A stretch of 64,000 bases of DNA, from NCBI GenBank assembly GCA_965601925.1, contig OZ271854.1, positions 4,096,001 through 4,160,000 of the forward strand, written 5' to 3'. Origin of the DNA: Alkalispirochaeta sp. (GTDB lineage: Bacteria > Spirochaetota > Spirochaetia > DSM-27196 > Alkalispirochaetaceae). Below, one piece after another: positions 52,290 to 62,400 of the stretch. Both the position numbers and the translations under genes were made by a program. Under the pieces are notes generated by a model. The model worked only from the letters and a program-made list of their open reading frames with translations. It was not told the DNA's origin and ran no database searches. Within the stretch, counting starts at the first letter, position 1; each line of letters starts with the position of its first letter.

Positions 52290-52916
52290 TTACCAGCCCT
52301 CGGGTCGTTGCATTGTCGCGGTGATTCCGTAGTGATCCAAAAACGATTGGACAAATGGTCGAACTGCGTTTCGATCATCAGGCGGATCAAATCCCAACCA
52401 ACCACCCCGATGTAGTGTTCCGACAGTGGCGGTTAGCAAAAAGTTTTCCGCAGCGTCATTTCGCACAGTGAACTCGATCGCGCGAGCAACAAAACCCATC
52501 ATAAGTTCAGCTGCGCGCGGCTCTTGATCGGGATCCAGCATATCCATCTCTTCGGCTAAATCCTTTAGTCCTACTAAGGCCCACATACTAGAATCCGACA
52601 AATAGACGGACTCAACTGAAGCTATAATCGGGATGTCAGCCATAGTCACCAATATATGATCAGGCTCAAGGTCAGACCTAAAAGCAAGCTCATTAAGTAC
52701 ATCCAATGCGGTGGGTGATACATCTATATAATGGACTGAATGATATGTATAAGCCTCAACGAGCTCAGTGGTAGAAAGCTCATCGAAATCCTTTTCGGAA
52801 ATCGAATCAAAATACTCTTTAGAGGACCGTAAAGCGTCTTCACTGTCCCACCACTGTGCATGTATCGCGTCGATGAGTAACCCCAAGATGATTGAACAAA
52901 TTATCCATTTCTTCAT
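52290..52916 (-). CDS. Exported putative immunity protein for cassette 1
   Basis: MKKWII...AIHA signal peptide; TAATG stop/start overlap with cassette 1. Confidence 0.78.
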   Translation of the reverse strand: MKKWIICSIILGLLIDAIHAQWWDSEDALRSSKEYFDSISEKDFDELSTTELVEAYTYHSVHYIDVSPTALDVLNELAFRSDLEPDHILVTMADIPIIASVESVYLSDSSMWALVGLKDLAEEMDMLDPDQEPRAAELMMGFVARAIEFTVRNDAAENFLLTATVGTLHRGGWLGFDPPDDRNAVRPFVQSFLDHYGITATMQRPEGW

Positions 52917-55510
52917 TAATAATACCATCCTGTATAGGGTGATGGAGGCGTCAGCAAACCATCAAATGATGGAGCACCAGGATAAGCCCGATCGGCTCCC
53001 ATGAAACCGCCAATAGCATACGCCATCAACTCCTCAGTGTGGCCAAAATATGAATAGGGAAAACCTGGACTGATAGACCTGTTGATGCCCTCGACACCGT
53101 AGTTGTATACCCATTGGCCCGCAGACGTCGTCTGGCCGGTCTTCAGCACACCGGTCGTCAATGCTCGCAAGCTGTGTACACCTTCATGCATAAGAACGGC
53201 CGCGCGACTCTGACTAATACGACCAGGCTGAAGATCGCCGGCTTGCAATGGAGTAAGCACAAACTCTCCAAAGCTCATCATACTTGGAAGTCGATTTAGA
53301 TTTGGTGCACTTCCCGCAATCTGTGAGCTGATTGATGCGGCTAACTCGAACTGTTTCGTCGTTAGTCCGAGCACACTCAAGTTATCTAACACATCTTGCG
53401 TACCCTGCTGCCCCAATCCGTTCAATGTTCCTTGCAACTCCTGCAGTGGCCCAACAAACACTGAATCCTGAGGATTGTTGAATAGTTGGTCGCCGAAACT
53501 ACCCGATGTCCGATCGTGCAGCATCTGAGCAACCATCTGGGTGTTAATTAGAGAATCGAACGATACGTTCACATTGGGCAAGAGTGCACTACCGGCAGGG
53601 TTCATATCGATTGCCTCACTCACCCCTTCGGCAAACGTCTCGGCCTGAAACGCCAGGTTGAACGCTTCGTTCTGCGTGTCCAAGAACTCCCGAAGCGGGA
53701 CCGTATTGCCGTTTCCGTCGACAACTTGGGTACTATGTTGATTGTTCGGTAGATTGACTTCTTCCCCTACCTCGATAGAATCCCGATCGACAAGATGCGG
53801 GTTCATCCCCACGATCATATCCACCAGCGCCGCAGCCTTCGGATCGTTTGGGTCGATGCCGTAGATCTCTTCAATTAGGCCGCCTAAGGTGTCCCCGGCC
53901 TCTACCTCAGAAACGAATCCTAAATCTCCCGTAGCATTGATCTCCTGCACCGTATGAAGCCAGTTATCCTCACTGAAATCATAGCCGGTCATCACGTGTT
54001 CGGCAAACGCACTGAAGTCGCCGCTCGCCAATGCCTCCTCCATCATGTCCGCCTGCTCGCGTAATGCCGCGTCGCTGTCCAAGAATCCTTCGTAGTCCTG
54101 CTCCATCCGCATCGCCATCAACGTGTGCGCCGCCACCGCATCAAACGTCTCCTCATATTGTCCCCGAAAACCGTCTCCGATCCCGTTCCGGTGCGCCTCG
54201 TGTTGTAGCACCACCCCCGCCCGCAGACGGCTATTCACATTGTCCCGACCCCGTTCGCCCAAGGTCCCCAGATGGATCGTCTTCCGGCCATTCTCCAGCG
54301 TCGTCTTTCCATCCTGATTCACAAACCCGATCGCCATATCCGTTCGTCCCGCCAGAATATCCTCGCGGGCCGCCTGTAGTTCCTCATCCCCGTACGAATA
54401 CGCCGATCGCAACATCGTCCCTTCCCGCCGTATCCCCTCATATCCTGCCGCATACCGCGTTCCGCCGAACAGCTCGTACGCTGTGTTCCGCATGTTCTCT
54501 TTCCACGTTCCGAACCCGGCAACTCCCTGCGCTACCGTCACCGCGCTCGCGTCGATTCCTCCCATACCCATATTGAATACCGGTCGGTCGCCGCCGATGT
54601 TGAACTCCAACAACCCCGTCGACACCATCGCACCATTCGCCATCTCGATGCCGAACATGTTCATATTCAGCATGTTCAACGTCGTCTCACCCGTCCACGC
54701 GTACTCCAGTCCCGCCTGTGCCGCACCGCCTACCAGACCGCTGAAACTCCTCGCTTGGCTTGCGTGTTCCGCGCTGAATCCTTCGAGGTTTCCTGCAACA
54801 CCCGCGCCCACAACCGCGCCGGCCAGTCCCGCCAGGGCGTCCTCGCTGATCGTCGCGTCCTGGAACGTGTCGGTGTTGAAGTCGATGTCAAAGAAGCTGT
54901 CGCTATTCCACTCCAGCGAGTTGATCGCCGCGCTCGTCGTCGTGCTTGCTACGTACTGCATCCCGGCCATCGCCGCCTGGCCCACCAACGTGCTTCCCAC
55001 GTTCACCACTTCACCCAATCCGCCGCTGATCAGGTTCGTCATGAGTGTCGCCGCGGCCTTCTTCCCAAACGCTTCCCACGCATCGTCCGCGTCTTGCGCT
55101 CCTACCGCCACGTCCAGGCTCGTGAAGATCGCGTCGTCGGTCATGCTGATCGCCGTCGAGACCGCCGCTCCCGCCGCGTTGCCCGCCACCGCCGTGACCG
55201 CCGCCCCCGCAACCGATGCCGCGACCGCAAACCCGATGTCGTACGCCATCGTCACCGTCGGGGCGCCCAATAGTCCGTCCGGCTTCCCGTCGTTGTTCGC
55301 GTCGTCGTCCCAGAATCGTTGGCGATACAGTGGTACTTCCATCGCCGCCAGTCCGCGGCCCAACCGCCCCTCGTTTTTCATGAACGATTCCATGATCCGG
55401 CCCATCTCGCCGTAGAGTCTCGGGCGCGTCTCCCCTGTTCCAATCACGGGGGCCGGCCGTCGATATCGATCACTCAGCAGGCCCTTCGGGCCAGAAGTCG
55501 CGATCGCCAC
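52916..55510 (-). CDS. Orphan toxin C-terminal cassette 1 (LysM-like + HExxH tip)
   Basis: About 205 aa after the leader are nearly identical to the giant protein (GEMGRIME...GAVVGAGV); HEAHRNG, DNW, VEAGDTL...NP....I.VGEEVNLP, HEGVH; GTG 55510 lies inside element C. Confidence 0.8.
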   Translation of the reverse strand: MAIATSGPKGLLSDRYRRPAPVIGTGETRPRLYGEMGRIMESFMKNEGRLGRGLAAMEVPLYRQRFWDDDANNDGKPDGLLGAPTVTMAYDIGFAVAASVAGAAVTAVAGNAAGAAVSTAISMTDDAIFTSLDVAVGAQDADDAWEAFGKKAAATLMTNLISGGLGEVVNVGSTLVGQAAMAGMQYVASTTTSAAINSLEWNSDSFFDIDFNTDTFQDATISEDALAGLAGAVVGAGVAGNLEGFSAEHASQARSFSGLVGGAAQAGLEYAWTGETTLNMLNMNMFGIEMANGAMVSTGLLEFNIGGDRPVFNMGMGGIDASAVTVAQGVAGFGTWKENMRNTAYELFGGTRYAAGYEGIRREGTMLRSAYSYGDEELQAAREDILAGRTDMAIGFVNQDGKTTLENGRKTIHLGTLGERGRDNVNSRLRAGVVLQHEAHRNGIGDGFRGQYEETFDAVAAHTLMAMRMEQDYEGFLDSDAALREQADMMEEALASGDFSAFAEHVMTGYDFSEDNWLHTVQEINATGDLGFVSEVEAGDTLGGLIEEIYGIDPNDPKAAALVDMIVGMNPHLVDRDSIEVGEEVNLPNNQHSTQVVDGNGNTVPLREFLDTQNEAFNLAFQAETFAEGVSEAIDMNPAGSALLPNVNVSFDSLINTQMVAQMLHDRTSGSFGDQLFNNPQDSVFVGPLQELQGTLNGLGQQGTQDVLDNLSVLGLTTKQFELAASISSQIAGSAPNLNRLPSMMSFGEFVLTPLQAGDLQPGRISQSRAAVLMHEGVHSLRALTTGVLKTGQTTSAGQWVYNYGVEGINRSISPGFPYSYFGHTEELMAYAIGGFMGADRAYPGAPSFDGLLTPPSPYTGWYY
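54799..55413. repeat. Direct repeat of giant-gene segment ~58299-58915
   Basis: Near-identical DNA over about 615 bp, with mostly synonymous differences. Confidence 0.92.
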
Positions 55511-55742
55511 CGCCGTCCGTTTCCCAGCGGTTTCTATCAGGTGTGGCTCGTCCTCGTATGATGTGTCGGGGAGACCGGGCTCCGGGTTCCAATTCCTCGG
55601 CCCGGCAATGGATGGATGGTGATGTGACTAATCTTGCGTCGGTCCGTTGGAATCACGCCGCGACGGCCGCTTCTCGGCTCACTGCCGATCGCCGGCGGTC
55701 GTCGCCCGGGCCTGTGGGATTTCCTCCCTCCGCCCTCGCGCT
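55420..55742. repeat. Hairpin-rich intergenic element, copy C
   Basis: Same conserved blocks as A and B; ends CTGTGGGATTTCCTCCC..CGC.CTCGCGCT as in A; lies 6 nt from the cassette-1 homology arm. Confidence 0.9.
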
Positions 55743-55791
55743 CGTTGAGAGTTATGTTATTCCCAATAGCGATAGAGAGCGGCATAAAACG

Positions 55792-56463
55792 CTAAACCCC
55801 TTCGATCATGATGTACTGATCCGCCGGCACCTCTTCGATCAATTCAAGCGTCCCCGCATCGGGATCGATCCGAATAATCGCATCCGGATGAAACCACTGA
55901 TCGTATACCAACGGATCGGTTTCAAAGTCCCAGTGCTCCAACCCAAACGAGTACTCCACCCGCTCTCCGATGAGCGATGAGGGATCGGAAACCGCCGCCA
56001 AGTCTTGGATCGTCACCAACGTGTTCTCCTTCTCCACGATCAGCCAATCGGAGAGTCGATAACTGTCGCCGTCTCGACGTGAGTAGAAAAACACAGCTCG
56101 GTCGGCTAAAGCAGCAATGTTAAACCAGCCAGTATCTCCCGTTCGCGGGATCGACATTCCTCCGCTATGATAAGCTCTATTTTCTTGTTGTTTCTCTCGA
56201 ATCCATCGACTCATGGTTGGAGTTGGCAGTTGTGCTCCACGATATTGCTCAAAGTCCACCGTCTCGTTGTTTCCTGCGTCAATCTGCTCGAGCAATTCGA
56301 TCAACTCCTCGTCGGTCATGGTCGGTCGCTGTCCCTCGGCAACGACCGGCTCGCTCGCGGTCGTGTCCATTTCGGCACTCATCGGCTCTTGCGTCTCTGC
56401 AGGGCGTACACAGGAACCCAACATCACTACCAACACTATCGTCATCATTATTATCCTGGCCAT
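55792..56463 (-). CDS. Lipoprotein, putative cognate immunity protein for the M23 tip
   Basis: Lipobox LGSC; starts 2 nt after the giant gene stop. Confidence 0.75.
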   Translation of the reverse strand: MARIIMMTIVLVVMLGSCVRPAETQEPMSAEMDTTASEPVVAEGQRPTMTDEELIELLEQIDAGNNETVDFEQYRGAQLPTPTMSRWIREKQQENRAYHSGGMSIPRTGDTGWFNIAALADRAVFFYSRRDGDSYRLSDWLIVEKENTLVTIQDLAAVSDPSSLIGERVEYSFGLEHWDFETDPLVYDQWFHPDAIIRIDPDAGTLELIEEVPADQYIMIEGV

Positions 56464-56465
56464 CG

Positions 56466-59400
56466 TCAGTTCCCGTAGATGTGTGCGTCGAGATGAAAGG
56501 TATATTCGGTCGGATCCAAGAAGATGAACGGATCATAGCGATACCCCGTTCCTCGTGGCAGACGCTGATTCGCGTTGCTCATCAAGCTGTCCACCAACGG
56601 ACTTCGCTGCTGTGTCGTTATATCCACATGCAAGTGATTCCCATACGGCGACACACCTGGCCATACCCCTGTGTTGCCCGAGAGCCCGAGTTGCGTATTA
56701 CCGAACACCAACTGACCGTCTGCAAGGTTCTCGTTTCGTGACTCAAGATGAAGGTAGCGGGTCAGGATCGAATCGGTGCGAGGCTCTCCCTTGAATGTAT
56801 ACGTAACATCCGTGCGTGTCTCCTGAAAAAGTCCTGCAGCCACATTCAAATCGTCTCCAAAATTGTTGAATCGTGTATTTCCCCCGAACATGGAATGGAC
56901 CGGCGTACCCGCGGGCACGGCAAAGTCCACCCCGGTGTGCGGATTGGCCGAGTATGACCCGGTCGCGCCGAAGATCGCCGTCACCTCCGAGCCCGCCATG
57001 ATGTTATTCACCTGCAGATTCGTCTCCCCCGTGATGAAGTTCTGCTCCTTCCACTGCTCGTAGCTGATCACATCCACCTCCGGTTGCCGCCCGTCCCAAT
57101 AGTCGGTCTCCGGTCCCAATACCACCGGTCGCTCCACGTCCATCAACCCTCGCGCTACCAGGTCATTATAGATATTCAGCGTGTTGTGTCCCGCCAGCCG
57201 CTCGTTATAGATCGCCGCATACCGCTCGTTGTCCAGTCCAATCGAGCGGCCCGCGTTGCCCTCGTGGTTCCACCATACGCCCTCTCCGCGAAGCTCGAAC
57301 TCCTCGCCCCGCAAGAGCTCCGCCGCCTCGGCCGCCCCGATTCCCAGGATGTTCTGCAATCCTCCCTGAATCCCCTCGGCACCGATCCGGTTCCCGTCGT
57401 CGTCCAGGATGTAATTCCCGTTCGAGTCCTTCAACCACCCGTCTTCGGTCATCACCAACGAGCCGTCTTCCATCAGTTTCCAGTTATCCACCGGTCCCTG
57501 ATTCGGGAGGTAGCTCCGGCCGTCCGCCAATGCATCCTCGATACTCTGCTCAAAGGCCGCATTCCCCTCCAACTCTAACGCCGCGACCACATTGTTGTAC
57601 ACCGCATCACCCACCAGATGGGCGTTCGCCTCCGTCGTCTCCCCGGTCAGCATCCGGTCAAACAAATGCGTTCCCTCGTGCGCCGCCACCGACGCCAACA
57701 TCGCCGCCGTCTCTTTGTCATTCGCCAGCAGGTCTCGGTTCATCACGATTGTCGTCGGATCCGCTCCATGGTTGTAGTATCCGTAGTGTCCTTCGTCCAG
57801 ATCCTCATAGCGCGTCTGGATGTCTTTATTCCACACCCCCGTTGCCAACGCCAGATTCCCCGCGATCGCATTGTAGTTCACCAGATTCAGGTCACCTCGA
57901 CTCTCAATTCCCCGTTTAGTACCCAATGCGCCGCCGATCTTCGCACTCCCGATCCGCGCAATATCGCTCATACCGCCCATCGCCGTCGCAATCGAGCCCA
58001 CGTCAAAGCTCGTACCCCCGCTTCCCACGTTGAACGCAGGGCCGTCGCCGCCGATGTTGAACTCCAACAGTCCCTGACTCAGGATTCCAGGCCCATCGCC
58101 CGTCTCATACTCGATACCCAGCATGCTCAGGTTCACCAGGTTCGCCGTCGTGTCTCCCGTCCATGCGTAGTCCACACCCATCTTGGCTGCGTTCCCCGCA
58201 AGACTCGAAAAGCTCGTGATCGCGTCGGTGTCGAATACCTCGCTGTTCAACGCAACGCCCGTGCCGTCCGATCCCAGGAAGTCTCCCAGTCCGCCGGTCA
58301 CCCCCGCTCCCACAACCGCGCCGGCAAGGCCCGCCAGGGCGTCATCGCTCATCGTCGCATCCTGGAAGGTGTCGGTGTTGAAGTCGATGTCGAAGAAGCT
58401 GTCCGAGTTCCATTCCAACGAGTTGATCGCCGCACTTGTAGTGGTGCTTGCCGCGTATTGCATGCCCGCCATCGCCGCCTGGCCCACCAACGTGCTGCCC
58501 ACGTTCACCACTTCTCCCAATCCGCCGCTGATCAGGTTCGTCATGAGTGTCGCCGCGGCCTTCTTCCCAAATGCCTCCCACGCATCGTCCGCGTCTTGCG
58601 CTCCTACCGCCACGTCCAGACTCGTGAAGATCGCGTCGTCGGTCATGCTGATTGCCGTCGACACCGCCGCTCCCGCCGCGTTCCCAGCCACCGCCGTGAC
58701 TGCACCGCCGACCACCGATGCCGCGATCGCAAACTTGATGTCGTACACCATCGTCACCGTCGGTGCGCCCAACAGTCCGTCCGGTCTCCCGTCGTTGTTT
58801 GCGTCGTCGTCCCAGAATCGTTGGCGATACAGCGGCACTTCCATCGCCGCCAGTCCGCGGCCCAACCGCCCTTCGTTCTTCATGAACGCTTCCATGATCC
58901 GGCCCATCTCGCCGTGACCCGCTTCCTGCACTCGCTCCGGGTTGTCGCTGCGCATGATCGGCGCGTAGCCGACGTGGAAGTTGAATAGTCCTTCCGTGTC
59001 GTGGTGCAGGTACTCCTCCTCGCCGCTCTCTTCATTCTCCCGCGTCCGGTGGTAGCCCGCCGCCGCTTCCCAACTCGCGGTGGCTGCCGCAAAGCGCTCT
59101 TTGAGCTCGCCGTTCAGCTCCTCGATACTGATCGCGCCGGTTCCTTCGTCTTTCTGGTCGTCGTTCCGTCCGAAGATCAGAATCTGATATCGCTCCATCT
59201 CTTCGTACGCCGCCGCGATCATCGTCTGGATGCCTCGACTCGACAAGCCGTCCAACGACTCCTCCGAGAGGTCCACCTGGGGTGCAAAGACCGGTGAGGT
59301 GAAGTAACGATAGTCTTCTACTCGCTGTGTCTCTCGTTCGATGCCCCCAAACAGCGTCTCATCGATGATGATCCGGCGACTCCATTCTCGTCCCGATAAG

Positions 59401-62400
59401 CGGTATCCTTCCCGCTCGAAGGTGTCCTCGATGCTTCCCGCCATGTTCCGGTTCGCGTCGTCTATCCCGTCGGTCGCCGCGTTGATCCCTTCGCGGATCT
59501 GTTCCCGCATCTGCAATGCCGTCACGCGCATCGCGCGCCGCTGGATCTCTTCGCCCAACTCGTCCGATAGCGCTCGGGCGCTTCGCGCACTCTGCGTCGT
59601 CGAGCGTACCCGCGGCAGATACGCCGCCACGATCGGGCTCCCGCCGGCGCGGTCGGCGATCCGGCCCGCCTCGCGCACGATCGTCGAGAGCATCCGTCCG
59701 TCGGTCGCCTCCCGCACCGTGTGTTCCAGATTCCCCACTTCGATATCCAGATCCGGGACTGCGATCGCTTCGCTTTCGGCGATCAGCCGTTCGGCGTCCA
59801 GTCCCACTTGTCGCGCCGTCGCCTCGCTCCCGGCGCGCACCGCGTGCTGCGTCGTCCGTTCGATCCATTCCGTACGCGATTGCGTCATCCGGTCGTAGCG
59901 GGCGTTCCACACCGCCACCGCCTCCGCATACGCCTCCTGCGTCTCTTCCTGGAACCGTTTCCGCTGTCCCGCCAACCGGACCGATCCCGCCTGCCACTCC
60001 GTGAGGCCCGTCGCCACGAGGCTGTTCATCCGGACCGTCCAGTCGTCCTCGCGACGCATCAGCGTCTCGTACTCCATGGTCAGGCGGTGGGATTGCGCGG
60101 TATGGACGCCGCCCAGGCGCATCCCCGCCGCGTCGTGAATGTGGGCGGCGATCAGCTCCAGCTGAAATGCCCGCGCCTCGTCGTTGAAGGTCGCAAGAGC
60201 GCCGGTCGGCGCTCCCGTCGTACCGCGGCGAATCAAGACCGCCTCCATCGATCCCTGTCGATACGCCATGTGGTCGGCGATGTCGTAGGCGGGGTCGGCA
60301 AAGCGCGTGCGCGTCACCGTCTCCAGCTCCGCCTCGGTGACCTCTTCGCCCCGCAGATAGCGTCCCAACACCGTCTCGTAGGATATCTGGTCGTTCTGTT
60401 GCACCGTCGCCAGCTCCGCGATCCGGTCGGCGACCGCCGTTCCCGCGGTATGGACGTCCGATGCCAACCGCGCCTCGGCGGCGGCAAGGACCGAGAGGCT
60501 CGTCGCGCGCTCCGATGCGCTTCCGCCGCTCACCACCTCGGCAATCATGGCGCTCAGTTCGGCCGAAATCGCACCGGTACCCGACGCGGTCAGGGAGGTA
60601 CGCACCTCCGCCGCGGTGGGGCGTTTGCCCGCCAGTACGCGCAGCTCGGCCGCCTTCGTATTCTGATCGTCAAGCGCCGTCGTTCCTTCGCCGAATAGTT
60701 CCATCGAGACCGTCCGCTCGTCCGCACCGGAGTAGTTCGGCAGCTGTCGCCGCAGGCTTCGGATACGCTTACCTCGGCGTCGCTTGAAGATCCGTCGGAG
60801 CCGCATGTAGTCCCGCTGCTTGTCCCGCGCCCGGTCGTCCACGTACTCGCGCGCGATATGTGAGACGTCGTCGGCGACCCACGTAACGTGGTCGGCGGCA
60901 AACGATACGTTCTCCCCGCCGTGCACCACTACCATAGAAAAGAAGCGATAGGCGCCCAGTGCCAAACTGTTCCCGTGCACCCGATGGTGTGCCGCCTCGA
61001 GGTCGTTTCTGACGCGGCTGTCCACGCTTCCTTGAGACCATCCGATCTTGCCCAATAGGTTATTGAAGGTCTGATTGTTGTAGATCGGCGCTTTGGTCAC
61101 CGCATAGTCATCCTCAGGATGAACACCGGCAAAATAGAGGTCGTAATACAACGCCAGGCCGATATCGCGATATACTCCGCCACCCAGTTGGTTCATCGTG
61201 CGAATCCATGCACCCAAATCGGTCGAAAAGGCTTCCTGCCAGTCGCCGGAGAAGTAGCCGGCGGTCTGAAACCGTTCCGAATTTCCCGAAATCCGTCCCG
61301 TACCGATCGCGTCGTAGTCCGGTGCGAAGGTATAGTCCGCGCCGTATACCAGCTGATGGGCCGTCCGTGCGACCTCCATTTGGCTCGCCGCCAATGCACC
61401 TTCGGCCCCCGAGGTCTTGACCGCCAACGTCTCCCGGACCACCGCCGCCTCTTGGTAGGTCAGCATCGCCTCGCGCTCCTCGGCGATGAGGTCTTCGTAG
61501 CGCTGGTCCCGACTCGCGTCGGTCACACGCTCGGCGTGCTCTTCCACCAGACGCAAGGCGGTGCGCGCTCGTTCCAACTCCTCGCTCCGCCGCAGCACCA
61601 CCGCCGCCGGGTCGATCTCGTCGGTCAGATACCCGGTGCGCGCGTAGTCCATGATCTCCTCGGCCTCTTGTAGCTCCCGGCGTGCCGCAGTATACGCGCC
61701 CCGCGCCGTATCCACTCCGCTCGCCGCCGCCGCATAGTCCGTTACCGCCTCATCAAAGGCGCGAATCGCCTCCTCGTACTCCCGTCGGGCGTCGTCCACC
61801 CTCCCGCGCTGCGTCTTGATATCTTCCTTCAGCGGGGCGATGGTATTTGTCGCAAACTGCGCGGCATCCGCCTCAAAGTCCGCCTGCGTCGCCCGCGCCG
61901 CATCCAGGTCACCCAGCGTCCCCAGATAGGTCGACTCGGCACCCAGAAAGGTCGTCCGGGCGCCGGATCGTGCGCTCCCCGCCGCCCCGTCGGTCACCAA
62001 CTCCACGATCTCGTCGCGGCTGCTCGTCGTCAACGCCGCGATCGCCTCGCCGATCAGTCCCTTGATCGGCGCGCTCGCGATCCCCCCGGTAGTCGTCGGG
62101 CTGGTCAGGGTGTGATAGCTCGTGTCACCCGCCTCGTCCACCAGATGTCGCAACCACGCCGCCCCGGCGTTGGCTTTCGTCAGACCCTCGTACTCACTCC
62201 GCAGGGCGCCGACACCCGCGTCGTCGGCACTCCCGCCGACCGCGGCCGCCGCCGCATCGCGATCATCCGTACTCGCATCCGGGTCTTCCAACACCTCCAA
62301 CGCCGCGGCCAATACTTCGGCGCGCTCCCGATTCTCCACGGGACCCACGAACGACACCGACCCACCCAGCTCCGCGATCCGCGCCCGCGTGTACACCGTC

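Noticed and set aside
55710..55742. Minus-strand GGGCGGAGGGAGGAAATCCC resembles the RNase P RNA GAGGAAAGUCC region
   Set aside because: The other universal RNase P motifs are not seen, and the element occurs in three diverged copies within a toxin array
46592..55742. Repeat element as a CRISPR array (loops contain ATTGGAAC/GTTGAAAC-like words)
   Set aside because: No regularly spaced short repeats with unique spacers, and no cas genes in the window
47117..56463. The array as a classical integron
   Set aside because: No integrase in the window, no clear attC RYYYAAC/GTTRRRY ends, and the cassettes are gene fragments homologous to the upstream gene
54799..58915. The 615-bp repeat as a DGR template/variable repeat pair
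   Set aside because: Differences are mostly synonymous and not adenine-specific, the repeat is long and internal, and no reverse transcriptase is present
57618..60698. Long Arg-rich plus-strand ORFs opposite the giant gene
   Set aside because: Antisense shadows; their similarity to 54755-55273 only reflects the DNA repeat
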